NCBI RefSeq assembly: GCF_963921235.1
Contig: NC_086126.1
Span: 18,104,001-18,168,000, forward strand
From: Mobula hypostoma
Lineage: Eukaryota
Direction of reading: 5' to 3'
Length of the DNA stretch: 64,000 bases
The position numbers and the translations under genes were made by a program. Of the stretch, positions 13,756 to 25,700 are shown one piece after another. The notes beneath the pieces are model-generated. The model was given only the letters and a program-made list of their open reading frames with translations, ran no database searches and had not been told where the DNA came from. The first letter of the stretch is position 1, and the number at the start of each line of letters is the position of its first letter.

Positions 13756-14114
13756 TTTAAAATTAAGTGGAATAGTTTTAAGGTCACAGTGAGAAGGGGA
13801 TCTGAAGTGTAAATATTTCAGACAGAGAATAACTGGTATCCCGAATGAGCTGCCAGAGGTGTGGGGGGCAGAAACCCATAAGGTCTCTGTTCATGAAAAC
13901 TTCCCCGTTACCTGTCGTTCACTGTGTGCATCCTGCCATGGTTTAACCTCCCAAAATAGAGTCACTGGTTTATACAGAAATGAAACAGTCCCTTCGGTAC
14001 AACTCATCCACGCCGACCAAGTTGTCGACCTGAACTCGGCCCATCTGCCTGCATTAGGCCCGTATCCCTCTCAACCTTTCCCATCCATGTGACTGTGGAA
14101 ATATGTTTTAAATA

Positions 14115-14400
14115 TTGTACCTGAGGCAGAGAGCCGGTGCAGTGAGGCGCTGACGGACACTCGCTGTTCCGCGGGCAGGAAGAGGAGAGGCGGATCCCAC
14201 AGCGGAGCCGAAACCCCAACAAGTGGAGACCGGCTCCACTTCTCTGCAGAGCCGTCCGTCCATCCCGGATTGACCGGACCGTTTCCCAGGAAACGACGTT
14301 GGTGAAGGAGGGCCCTCTGTGACGTCAGCGCGCCAGGGTCGTAATCATATTGTGTCACGTGCCGGAGGGGCAGAGGGAGCTGTCAATCACTGGAGCAACT
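14115..14400 (-). promoter_or_regulatory. CpG-rich putative promoter and first exon
   Basis: CpG-dense non-TE island with CRE TGACGTCA (14320-14327), E-box CACGTG (14356-14361), TTCCCAGGAA (14283-14292) and minus-strand splice donor CAG|GTACAA at 14123-14115. Confidence 0.45.
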
Positions 14401-14764
14401 GGGAAACTTGCGAACATTGTAAATAGAATGGGGACAGTGGGAGATTTCCGGGATCGGTGTCCCCACCCCCACGGAAATTGAGTGTGTTATAGACAGTAAT
14501 ATTCATATTTTAATTTGACTCTTCACGGTCTTAGAAATATTTAATGTTTGTATTTTGTATATTTTTATGTGGATAATATTTTGTAATTTTGGGGAAAACA
14601 CGTTTAACTGGATGACTGAACACTCCGTGAAAAAAGAGCGTCACGGGAAAATATGGTCAAAGTCAAAAGTTGAACCCAAGGTAAGTTGTTATTATAGTAT
14701 GTATATGTCACCATATGGTTCAAAGTACGATTTATTCTGACAGTACATACGTGAAACCATATAC

Positions 14765-15035
14765 AACCTACTTGGAAGGAGGTACAGAGGAGACGTCAGG
14801 GGTAAGTCTTTTACGCAGAGACTGGTGAGTGCATGGAACAGGCTGCCGGCGGCCGTGGTGGAGGCGGACACAATAGGGTCTTTTAAGAGACTCGTGGATG
14901 GATACATGGAGCTTAGAAAAATAGAGGGCTATGGATAAGCCAAGGTAGTTCTACGGTAAGGACATGTTCGGCACAACTTTGTTGGCCGAAGGGCCTGTAT
15001 TGTGCTGTAGGTTTTCTATGTTTTGATGTTTCTAC
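14765..15035 (+). mobile_element. Short CR1 3' end
   Basis: Same 3' UTR as 3840-4080, tail TTTTCTATGTTTTGATGTTTCTA; paralog 30610-30880. Confidence 0.8.
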
Positions 15036-17490
15036 AACCCTGAGAGTCTTTTTCTGCGGGCATTCTTAACAAATATATAGAAGAGTAACTGTGAACTGTA
15101 AATATGAGGAACGATAAACTGTAAGCAAACTGCAAATGCAGAAAAATAAATAGCAATAAATAACGAATATGAAAGAACAATATAACAGAGTCCTTACATG
15201 AGTGTAGCTATCCCCTTTTGTTAAAGACACTGATGGTTGAGGGGTAGTAACTGTTCTTGAACCTGGTGGTGCGAGTCCTGAGATACCTGTACCTTCTACC
15301 TGATGGCAGCAGTGAGAAAAGAGCATTGCCTGGGTGGTGAGGATCTTTGATGATGGATTCTGCTTACCTACATCTATGTTTTGTGTAGAGGTGCTCAGTG
15401 GTTATGAATGTTTTACATGTGATGTAGCTGGGCTGAATCCACTAGCTTTAGAAATATAGAAACATAGAAAATAGGTGCAGGAGTAGGCCATTCCGTCCTT
15501 CGAGCCTGCACCGCCATTCAGTATGATCATGGCTGATCATCCAACTCAGAACCCTGTACCAGCCTTCCCTCCATATCCCCTGATCCCTTTAGCCACAAGG
15601 GCCATATCTAACTCCCTCTTAAGTATAGCCAATGAACTGGCCTCAACTGTTTCCTGTGGCAGAGAATTCCACAGATTCACCACTCTCTGTGTGAAGAAGT
15701 TTTTCCTAATCTCGGTCCTAAAAGGCTTCCCCTTTATCCTCAAACTGTGACCCCTCATTCTGGACTTCCCCAACATCAGGAACAATCTTCCTGCATCTAG
15801 CCTGTCCAATCCCTTTAGGATTTTATACGTTTCAATCAGATCCCCCCTGAATCTTCTAAATTCCAACAAGTATAAGCCTAGTTCATCCATTCTTTCATCA
15901 TATGAAAGTCCTGCCATCCCAGGAATCAATCTGGTGAACCTTCTTTGTACTCCCTCTATGGCAAGGATGTTTTTCCACCGATTAGGGGACCAAAACTGCA
16001 CACAATACTCCAGGTGTGGTCTCACCAAGGCCTTGTACAACTGCAGTAGTACCTCCCTGCTCCTGTACTCGAATCCTCTTGCTATAAATGCCAGCATACC
16101 ATTCGCCTTTTTCACTGCCTGCTGTACCTGCATGCCCACTTTCAATGACTGGTGTATAATGACACCCAGGTCTCGTTGCACGTCCCCTTTTCCTAATCGG
16201 CCACCATTCAGATAATAACCTGTTCTCCTGTTTTTGCCACCAAAGTGGATAACTTCACATTTATGCACATTAAGTTGCATCTGCCATGAATTTGCCCACT
16301 CACCTAACCTATCCAAGTCACCCTGCATCCTCTTAGCATCCTCCTCACAGCTAATACTGCCACCCAGCTTCGTGTCATCCGCAGACTTGGAGATGCTGCA
16401 TTTAATTCCCTCATCCAAGTCATTAATATATATTGTAAACAACTGGGGTCCCAGCATTGAGCCTTGCGGTACCCCACTAGTCACTGCCTGCCATTCTGAA
16501 AAGGTCCCATTTATTCCCACTCTTTGCTTCCTGTCTGCCAACCAATTCTCTATCCACATCAATACCTTACCCCCAATACCGTGTGCTTTAAGTTTGCACA
16601 CTAATCTCCTGTGTGGGACCTTGTCAAAAGCCTTTTGAAAATCCAAATATACCACATCCACTGGTTCTCCCCTATCCATTCTACTAGTTACATCCTCAAA
16701 AGATTCTATGAGATTCGTCAGACATGATTTTCCTTTCACAAATCCATGCTGACTTTGTCCGATGATTTCACTGCTTTCCAAATGTGTTGTTATCACATCC
16801 TTGATAACTGACTCCAGCAGTTTCCCCATCACTGATGTTAGGCTAACCGGTCTATAATTCCCTGGTTTCTCTCTCCCTCCTTTTTTAAAAAGTGGGGTTA
16901 CATTAGCCACCCTCCAATCCTCAGGAACTAGTCCAGAATCTAAAGAGTTTTGAAAAATTTGTAGGATTTTTTACTCAAAGGCGTTGATGTTCCTATACCA
17001 CGCCGTAATGCAGCCAGTCAGCACACTTTCCACCACACATTTACAGAAGTTTGACAAAGTTTTCGACGACCGGCTGAATCTCTGAGAGTCCTGAGGAAGT
17101 AGAGGCACAGTCAGGCCTTCTTCACAATAATATTTATATGATGGGTCCAGGACAGGTCCTCAGAGAGTGACACACAGAAATTCAAAGTTACTGACCCTTT
17201 CCACCTCTGATTGTCCTTTGATTACTGGCTCACGGGCCTCTTGTCTTCGCCTCCTAAAGCCACAATCAGTCCGTTGGTCTTATTGACATTGAATAAGAGG
17301 TTGCTGTTGTTATAGCACTCAGCCAAGTTTTCAGTGTCCCTCATGTATGCTGATTAATCACCCCTTTGATACAGCCCACAACAGTGGTGTCATCAACAAA
17401 CTTGTAATTGGTGTTGGAAGTGTACTTGGCCACACAGTCATACTGTAGGTGTAAAGTGAGTCGGGGCTGGGGGGAGCTAAGCACACTTCC
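15036..17490 (-). mobile_element. Rex1/Babar-type LINE fragment split by the CR1 insertion at 15450-16958
   Basis: Minus-strand YDCVAKYTSNTNYKFVDDTTVVG (ORF 17341-17613) and 3' DPHHPGNALFSLLPSGRRY-type sequence near 15250-15350. Confidence 0.8.
15450..16958 (-). mobile_element. Young 5'-truncated CR1 LINE with an uninterrupted 454-aa RT ORF (15546-16910)
   Basis: Open frame with PGNYRPVSLTS, SQHGF, DFQKAFD, GVPQGS, SKSADDTK (FADD changed to SADD); (ATGTTTCT)n-type tail at 15450-15475; empty site CCACTACCCTTTGTAGG in paralog at ~31287-31303. Confidence 0.95.
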
Positions 17491-19983
17491 CATGATGCAC
17501 GAAAGAAAGGGAATTCTGAAGTATGAGTGAGTGCCCTGATTATTTGTCTGAATGGTTATGTGAGAGTCACTGCCCTTGGCATCTAAGAGAACTCCGGTGG
17601 CATGTGTGTTCACACGTTATGGAGCAGAAAGAATGAAGTATGTTGAGAAGTGGGTGGAATGGAAGAAGGGAGTGCTTGCAGAAGTACAGATATAAGGAGA
17701 AAGGTGTGAGGAAACTTTCAGGTGCCCTGTGGTGTTCACCTGGAGTGAAATACAAAAATAATTAGTTGCTTCTCACAGTAAGAGCAGAGAAGATGAAATA
17801 AGGGCAGAGAAAGAGACTCAGAAAGAACAGGAAAATGTAATCACATCTACCTCAGTGTGTAAGAAGACAAAACCTGTACCAATGTCTGAGTAGGAAGTAG
17901 TAGGAACCTGCTATACCCCTGCCTCCCACAGGTACGGTTACAACAAAGCCCACCCCAGTCGTGTCTCCTGAGTACTCGATGAGGTAGGTGTAAACCTCTC
18001 AATAGCACGATGGGAGAATGAGCAATATGGAGACTTTTATGCACTTTGAACTAAAATGGTGTGTTATATTGAAGTGTTTCCTTCACACTCGCAGTGACAT
18101 ACGATACACAGTATTGCAAAAAAAGAAAATGAGCATGTTAATGAATTTGTAAAGTAGACAAACAAGGTCTTTCAGAAGTTTACGGATTTACTCCATCGTA
18201 ATGAATGTTATTGTAAATGATGAGTAAAAGAGCCCAGGTTAAAGAAAATGTAGAGTGTTACTTCCTTGAGATAAAAAGAGGTAAGTAAAATTCTGAGTGG
18301 TTTACAATAATTCCAGATGAAATCAAGTGATTCAAACTGTTAAGGGAATGGATAATATTTGTGTGAGGACTGGAGACTCCCTGGACTGCTCTACCATTAT
18401 CTCATTAATATTGATTGTTGTATAAAAATATTGTGAAAGTTGCCCAATACAATTTGAATGTTATTTTAACTTGTATTCTGTTTTACGTTTAATAAAAATG
18501 ACAGTGACCACATTGTTGTTGTTCATTACTAGATTAACTTCTGTTTACAAATTCACTCTAAATTTACTTTCAACATCACATGCTTTACATGCATTTGACT
18601 TGTCACCCACTTGTGACTGGTATTATTTTTTGTTTTGAAGAGCGTATAGCATTGTTTACAAAAAGCTATTCTAAATGTATGGATTTTGCAGTTCTTTGAT
18701 TCACTTTAGTAAACATGGGGATGTTGGTGGTGGACACGATAGGGGTAAAAGTTGGAGACGGCAGTGAGAGGTGCACTTTGTTTATGGACAGTCTGGTCAC
18801 TGAGCTCAAAAATGCCGACTGTACCAAGGCAGCTTTGATAACAGTCAGTTTCAGCCTCCACCGCCATCACCACCAGAGACTATGAAGTTTACTTTAAATT
18901 ATCATTTCCCAAACTGTACTCTGGAATCTGTACAATTGTAATTCTGCCTGTTGTAAAGTGGCACCTGATGTAAGTCCACATGTCAATTTTTGGAATTGAT
19001 GGCTTCTTCTCCTGATCCGCTACTGGGAGAAGTGTTAGTGGATATGTGGTTTCTGGGCTTCATGTCACAGATGAGGTAGCACAGCTCCTGTTCCACTCAA
19101 TGAACATGACCCTTAGTTATGAATGCATGTTGGTACTAAACGGTCGAGTTGTTGAGTGTGCTGTAAGGAGGCCCATACATTCGGAAAGTGGGTTAACAGT
19201 GCAGCCTCTACCCCTCAATTGTACTGTGTTTGAATCTGTTTACCACTCTGATAAGAAGATTAGAGCTGTGAAGGGAGCACGGGACTGCACTACCCAGAGA
19301 AATCACACTAGCCAATGGAACTGCTTTGAACGATGGCAATAAACTTCTCATCATGGACTGCATGAATCCTCAGCTCTGAAGCTGCTTCATGAGGATGAGG
19401 GTGAAGTCTGTTACTGCAACTACGGGGTGATGGGATCAGATTTAGGTTCCAACACCTGTAATGTCTATGTCACCAGTGATCCTATAACTTCTGTTAATGG
19501 CACTTACAGTATTGGATGGCAGGCTCACTGCTGTTTGCCAAGGGTATCCCCTTTGCCTTTAAGTGGAATCTTTGGCCTGAACCAGAGCTGTCAAGCAGTT
19601 ATTGATACTTGGCGTGTGTAGCAGAAAATACTAACACCTGCCAGCATTGAACGACGAAGGAGACTGATGATTGTTACTGGATTGTCATGTTCCTGTTCTG
19701 GGGACCTACCAGGTGGGCTCCTGAAAACATCAGTATGACCCCAGTGTTGCAGTAATTGGCTAACAACACTTCCAGAGTGCTACATAATACAAGTATAATC
19801 ATCAAAGACATTTCTGACAAAGTGGCAGCAAGCTGCATCATGGCCTTTCAAATCTGAACAGCATTAAACTTTCTGTTAGCCGAGAGGGGAGGAACTTGTG
19901 CAATTATTGGACTGAAATGATGCAAAACATCTTTGATATATCTGAGAACATCGTCGATTTTATCCGTGCGGATCCCGTTAGAA
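17490..19983 (+). mobile_element. Degenerate endogenous retrovirus, copy A (gag-MA-like remnant plus env, no pol), cut by a hAT insertion
   Basis: From 17552 MVM*ESLPLASKRTPVACVFTRYGAERMKYVEKWVEWKKG; env motifs 18679-19983. Confidence 0.75.
18679..19983 (+). pseudogene. env: Gamma-type retroviral env pseudogene, copy A
   Basis: Signal-peptide-like start; WICG (CxxC remnant) ~19039; APVPLN; LGSNTC..VNGTYSIGWQAHCCLP; furin RRRR 19652-19663; hydrophobic YWIVMFLFWG; MAFQI*TALNFLLAERGGTCAIIGLK*C at 19840-19923 (ISD and CX6CC); many stops and frameshifts. Confidence 0.85.
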
Positions 19984-20500
19984 CAGGGTTGTCAAACTAC
20001 CGGCCCGCGAAGGGCCCAGTCCGGCCCGCGGGATGATTTGTGGAATAAAAGTATATTCCCGACCATTTATTATGCATCTGTACGGCAGCCGCTCCTTCTC
20101 CTATCGCTGTCTGTGCCGCCTGCTGCGCCGGCAGCTTGCTGTGCGCACTTAGAAAACAATAGGCGGCAGTTAAACGCCCCCTGTGCATAAGCACTTTCCG
20201 CCCTCTGAAGACCACGAGGGCCCCACTTACGTCGTCAGACATAGTATAAGCACACAGAGTACTCAGGTAAGTAATGTCTGTCTCAAGGCTGAACCTGTTT
20301 GCTACTGTGGTTCAAAATGCTTTCCAAGAAAAGAAAAGTTGACATCGAAGGTCAGAAATTCAACGATAATTGGAAAGATCGTTTTTTCTTCTGTGAGGTC
20401 AACAGCACAGCACGCAACAAGCGGCTGTGGCAAAAGAGTGCAATACCAAATGACACAATGAGACGTAACACGGAGAAAAATATGACATGTACGCATGGTG
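19984..20500 (+). mobile_element. hAT (Charlie/SPIN-like) DNA transposon 5' end with transposase N-terminus
   Basis: TIR CAGGGTTGTCAAAC plus subterminal GGCCCGCG motifs; preceded by 8-bp target CGTTAGAA (central TA); MLSKKRKVDIEGQKFNDNWKDRFFFCEV and a decayed KxHxETxH motif. Confidence 0.85.
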
Positions 20501-20609
20501 GATGTGGTTTTCTGGGAATCAGAGCGACAGGTCACCAGGTAGTGTTGAGCGGAATGTAGAGATGAGGTTGCGGAACGCAGCCACGTTAATGAGCACGGTG
20601 GCACCGAGA

Positions 20610-20825
20610 GGCTGAGGTGTGTTCATTATCAGTGCAGGGTGCAGAACTGTTAAGGCAGACGTACTTAGAGCCTGGATTAGTACATGGCACGGTGATTCGG
20701 TGATTACAGAGATCTGGTTGACAGAAGGACTGGACCAGTCCAGGATTCATATGATTCAGACAGTCCAGAGGAGGCTTAAAGAGATTCCGGAGCAGTTCTG
20801 CTGATGAGGAACAATGTCACAGCGG
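20610..20825 (+). mobile_element. CR1 APE N-terminal fragment
   Basis: ORF 20619-20804 KADVLRAWISTW...ITEIWL. Confidence 0.7.
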
Positions 20826-20859
20826 CGAGGTCATCTCGCTGACACTTGCAGTACGCCAA

Positions 20860-21278
20860 TGTCACAGCCACGGCTTCGGCAACTCAGTAGATAGGGCAAA
20901 TTGCGCTCGTGAATATGCACATGTCAGCTAATTATTATTTCATTGCGATAGTATTTAACTCCATTCATTCCATCGCACAATTTGCCGAGACATGGACACA
21001 GTGCAGCAGCGCTTCACTGCCTGTTTGCATTCTGCCTTTCCTGAGAAATTGGACAGTCGGGTCCAATGTCTCTGAAGACTAGCGGTATTCGTTTTATTCC
21101 TAGTTGTTGTTTTCAGCCGCAGTGTTGGCTTCATTCACCATTTGAGACTTTTAGCTAACGGCCCGAGTGTTTATTACTTCCTTTTCCCTTTCACACTGTT
21201 CACATTAAAGTCTATGAAATATCGACCTGCTTCAGTGTCTCTCACCTCACACTTGGGCCACATCCGAACCCGGTGACA
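20860..21278 (+). mobile_element. LTR of a Gypsy (Sushi-like) retrotransposon, followed by gag start
   Basis: TGTCAC...GTGACA termini, TATTTAA, ATTAAA at 21204-21209; ATG at 21301 gives MDPAEREQL, the typical fish Sushi-like gag start. Confidence 0.75.
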
Positions 21279-22640
21279 GCAAGTCTCAAACCACACAATG
21301 ATGGACCCAGCAGAGAGAGAGCAGCTGACCTTGGCCATGAGATTCATTGGTCAGAGTGATTCGGCGAGGCAACAATGTTCCGTTAGAATTCCTATGCATA
21401 AACCCTTTTTTCTGTCTCCATCGTGACAGAAGGATCTTGCAAAATTTGAACAGTGACGTTTTGATATTGGTGGCTTGAGGAGAGGGTACCTTTATTCTCA
21501 TTGTGTCTCCAGACTCTATATTCTCAGAGTCCCGAGTCTACATATCTAATTCTCCAGTCTACATTGAGTTTCTCCAAAATCCATTCCAAACTTTTAAAGT
21601 CGCAAATACCCAGGTTCCCAGCTTTGTGGTTCCATGACTCAGGTCTGCATAACAAATAAGCGCTTCAAGTAAGCTCTTCAATTGATTCAACAAATCATCA
21701 TTGAAGTCAATAGTGTAAATTCTGGAAGAGCCCTACTCCAAAAGCTGATCCCTGACTGGAGCGTGCAAATAAACAAGTAAAGTAACCTCTTGATGAAAGT
21801 CATCGTATAGTCATGTTACAGACTGGGAAAACTGAATTGTCATGTCGCAAATTAAACAGATCTATAGTGAAATAGATAGCGATGAAATTCATAGCGATGA
21901 GGGAAACCTATCTATACTGTCTTGATCTGGAAATTGAGTGCATATCCTAATTGCCTCTGGAATAAATTGTGAAAGATAAAACACTATAAGATTTGAAAAG
22001 GTTCCTTCTCTTGGTTTCAAGGTTTCCCAAGGACTCTTCTCTATGTTCCGAAGCTTTTTGTTTTTCCGATTGTTTCCAAGGCTTATTCATGTATTCAGGG
22101 TTTCTCAATGTGCTCCCCGTCTCGTGGACTTCCAAGCCTCCCTCTCTGTCCCGCCTACGGGTTCTTGATTTCAGTCTACTGGGGTTCCCAGGTGTCTCAG
22201 TCTCTCGGGATCGCCGAGTCTCCCTGCCTCTCGAGTTCCCCAATGGCTTCCACTAAAGTTCTCTAGGTCTCTCGAGTCATTCCTGGCCCTAGCGTTTTCA
22301 GGTCTTTCTGCGCCATCAGGTACCTGCTATAGGGAGGGGGTGGTCCTGTAGTGACTGCTTCAGGCATGTGCAGGGCATCAGAGAGCATTGGGCTCTGAGG
22401 TTTTTAGACCACCCGAACTGTTTATTGTTGATTAACAACAGTTGTCAATGGTTTAAGAGTTCCTTGTATTTTTCTCGAGCGACTCGCTCTTTCTAATGTG
22501 GTTTCCTGTGCTTTCTGTTTAAGTTTGTTATGTTAATTTTGATAGGCTCCGGGATTCTGTTATTTTATTGTTGAAGCAGATGCCTGATTAGCTCCAACCG
22601 GAGAGTTTTCATTTTGAGAATGATCCCTCTGACGGTGTCA
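21279..22640 (+). mobile_element. Probable non-autonomous LTR-element internal region with PPT
   Basis: Short gag start, low-complexity CCGAGTCT/CTCC-rich interior, PPT-like AGGGAGGGGGG TGGTCC TGT at ~22330-22349. Confidence 0.45.
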
Positions 22641-22715
22641 CTTGGTTCTGTCTCTACATGGAAGTCTTTGCCTCTGATATTGGCAGTGCACATCATGGCA
22701 ATTGTCTACCAGCAT

Positions 22716-25700
22716 CACTGAAGGACATTTTATCTTGAAGAGCTGAGTGACAGAATAAGGACCAAACAACTCAGAGTCATGTGAGAAGTTAAGTTGAGAT
22801 GTTTCCATGAGGTTTGCAGTTTTGAGTAAAATTGAAATGTATACATCTCTTTGGTCAACGCTCTCTAAGCACTGAGAAATCAACTGTATTATCTTGAAGA
22901 GCTGAGTGATGGAATAGGGATCAAACAACTCAGAGTCGTGTGGGAAGTTAAGCTCAGATGTTTCCATAAGGGTTGCAGTCAGTACTTTTGAGTAAAATTG
23001 AAATGTATGCATGTCTTTGGTCAAAGCACTCTATGCACTGAGAAATCATCTTTATTACCTTGAAGAGCTGAGTGACACAATATGGATCAAACAACTCAGA
23101 GTAATGTGGGAAGTGAAGTTGAGATCTTTCCATCAGGTTTACAGTCAGTACTTTTGAGTAAAATTGAAATGTATACATGTCTTTGGTCAAAGCACTCTAT
23201 GCCCTGAGAAATCATCTTTTTTATCTTGAAGAGCTGAGTGACATAATATGGATCAAACAACTCAGAGTCATGTGGGAAGTTAAGATAAGATGTTTCTATT
23301 AGATTTGCAGTCAGTACTTTTGAATAAATTTGAAATGTATACACCTCTTATGTCAAAGCACCCTATTCACAGAGATATATGAATTTTTTTTATCTTGAAG
23401 AGCTGAGTGATAGAATAGGGATCAAACAACTCATAGTCATGTGGGAAGTTAAGTTGAGAAGTTTCCATGAGGTTTGCATCAGTACTTCTGAGTAAAACTG
23501 AAAAGTATACATATCTTCGGTCAAAGCACGCTAAGCACTGAGAAAGCAACTTTTTTCTCTGGAAGAGCTGAGTGACAGAATAGAGATCAAACAACTCAGA
23601 GTCATGTGGGAAGTTCAGTTGAGGTGTTTCCATGAGGTTTGCAGTCAGTACTTCTGAGTAAAATTGAAATGTGTACATGTCTTTGGTCAAAGCACTCTAT
23701 GCACTGAGAAATCATCTTTTTTATCTGGAAGAGCTGAGTGACAGAATAGGGACCAAACAACTCAGAGTCATTTGGGAAGTTAATTTAAGATGTTTCCATG
23801 TGGTTTCCACTCAGTACTTTTAAGCAAACTTGAAATGTATACATCTCTTTGGTGAACGCACTCCAGGCAGTGAGAAATGAATGTTTTTACCTTGCAGAGC
23901 TGAGTGAGAAAATAGCGATCAAACAACTCAGAGTCATGTGGGAAGTTAAGTTGAGATGTTTCCATCAGGTTTGCCGTCAGTACTTTTGAGTAAAATTGAA
24001 ATGTATACATGTCGTTGGTCAAAGCACTCTATGCCCTGAGAAATCATCTTTTTTTATCTTGAAGAGCTGAGTGACATAATATGGATCAAAGAACTCAGAT
24101 TTATGTGGGAAGTTAAGATAAAATGTTTCCATTAGGTTTGCAGTCAGTACTTCTGAATAAATTTGAAATGTATACACCTCTTATGTTAAAGCACCCTATT
24201 CACAGAGAAATCAAATTTTTTATCTTAAAGAGCTGAGTGATAGAATTGAGATCAAACAACTCAGAGACATGTGGGAAATTAAGTTGAGATGTTTCCATGA
24301 GGTTTGCAGTTAGTACTTTTGAAGAAAATCTGAAAAGTGTTCATATATTTGGTCAACGCACTGTAAGCACTGAGAAATCAACTTTTTAATCTTGAAGAGC
24401 TGAGTGACATAATATGGAACAAACAACTCACAGTCATGTGGGAATTTAAGTTAAGCTGTTTCCATCAGGGTTGCAGACAGTACTTCTGAATAAAATTGAA
24501 AATTATACATATCTTTGATAAAAGAAATCTATGCACTGAGAAATGAACTCTTTTGTATTCAAGAGCTGAGTGATAGAACAGTGATCAAACAACTCAGAGT
24601 CATGTGGGAGGTTAAGTTAAGCTCTTTCCATTAGCTTTGCAGTCAGTACTTTTGCGTAAAATTGAAATGTATACTTGTCTTTGGTCAAAGCACTCTATGA
24701 ACTGAGAAGCGAACTCTTTTGTGTTCAAGAGCTGACTGATAGGATAATGATAAAGCAACTCAGATTAATGGGGGAAGTTTTGTTGAGACGTTTCCATGAG
24801 GTTTGCAGTTAGTATTTTTCAGTAAAATTGAAATGTATACATCTCTTTCGTCAAAGCACCCTAATTCACTGAGAAATCAACTTTCTTATCTTGAAGAGCT
24901 GAGTGATAGAATAGGGATCAAACAACTCAGAACAATGTGTGAAACAAGTTGAGATGTTTCCATGAGGTTTGCACTCAGTACTCTTGAGTAAAATTGAAAT
25001 GTATACATCTATTTGGTCAACGCACTCTATGCACTGAGAAATCAACTTTTTTATCTTGAAGAGCTGAGTGACAGAATAGGGATCAAACAACTCAGAGTCA
25101 TGTGGGAAGTTAAGTTGAGATGTTTTCATGAGGTTGGCAGTTTTGACTAAAATTGAAATGTATACATCTCTTTGGTCAACGCACTCTAGGCAGTGAGAAA
25201 TGAACTTTTTTATCTTGTACAGCTCAGTGACAGAATAGGGATCAAACAACTCAAAGTCATGTGGGAAGTTAAGTTGAGATGTTTCCATGAGGTTTGTAGT
25301 CAGCACTATGAATAAAATTGAAATATGCACTTCTCTTAATGTCAAAGCAGTCTATGCACCGAGAAATCAACTTTCTTATCTTGAAGAGCTGAGTGATAGA
25401 ATAGCTCTGAAACAACCCAGAGTCATGTGGGAAGTTAAGTTGAGATGATTCCATGAGGTTTGCAGTCAGTACTTTTGAGTAAATTGGAAATGTATACATG
25501 TCTTTGGTCAAAGCACTCTATGGCCCTGACAGATCATCTTTTTTATCTTGAAGAGCTGAGTGACATTACATGGATCAAACAACTCAGGACCATGTGGGAA
25601 GTTAAGATAAGATGTTCCATCAGGCTTGCAGTCATTATTTTTGATTAAAATTGAAATATACACTTCTCTGAATGTCAAAGCACACTAGTCACCGAGAAAC

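Noticed and set aside
15546-16910. Host gene or autonomous reverse transcriptase
   Set aside because: 5'-truncated CR1 lacking endonuclease and promoter, with FADD changed to SADD
20856-21282. Solo LTR with TSD
   Set aside because: Flanks CCAA/GCAA are imperfect and a gag start follows directly, so it is better read as a 5' LTR
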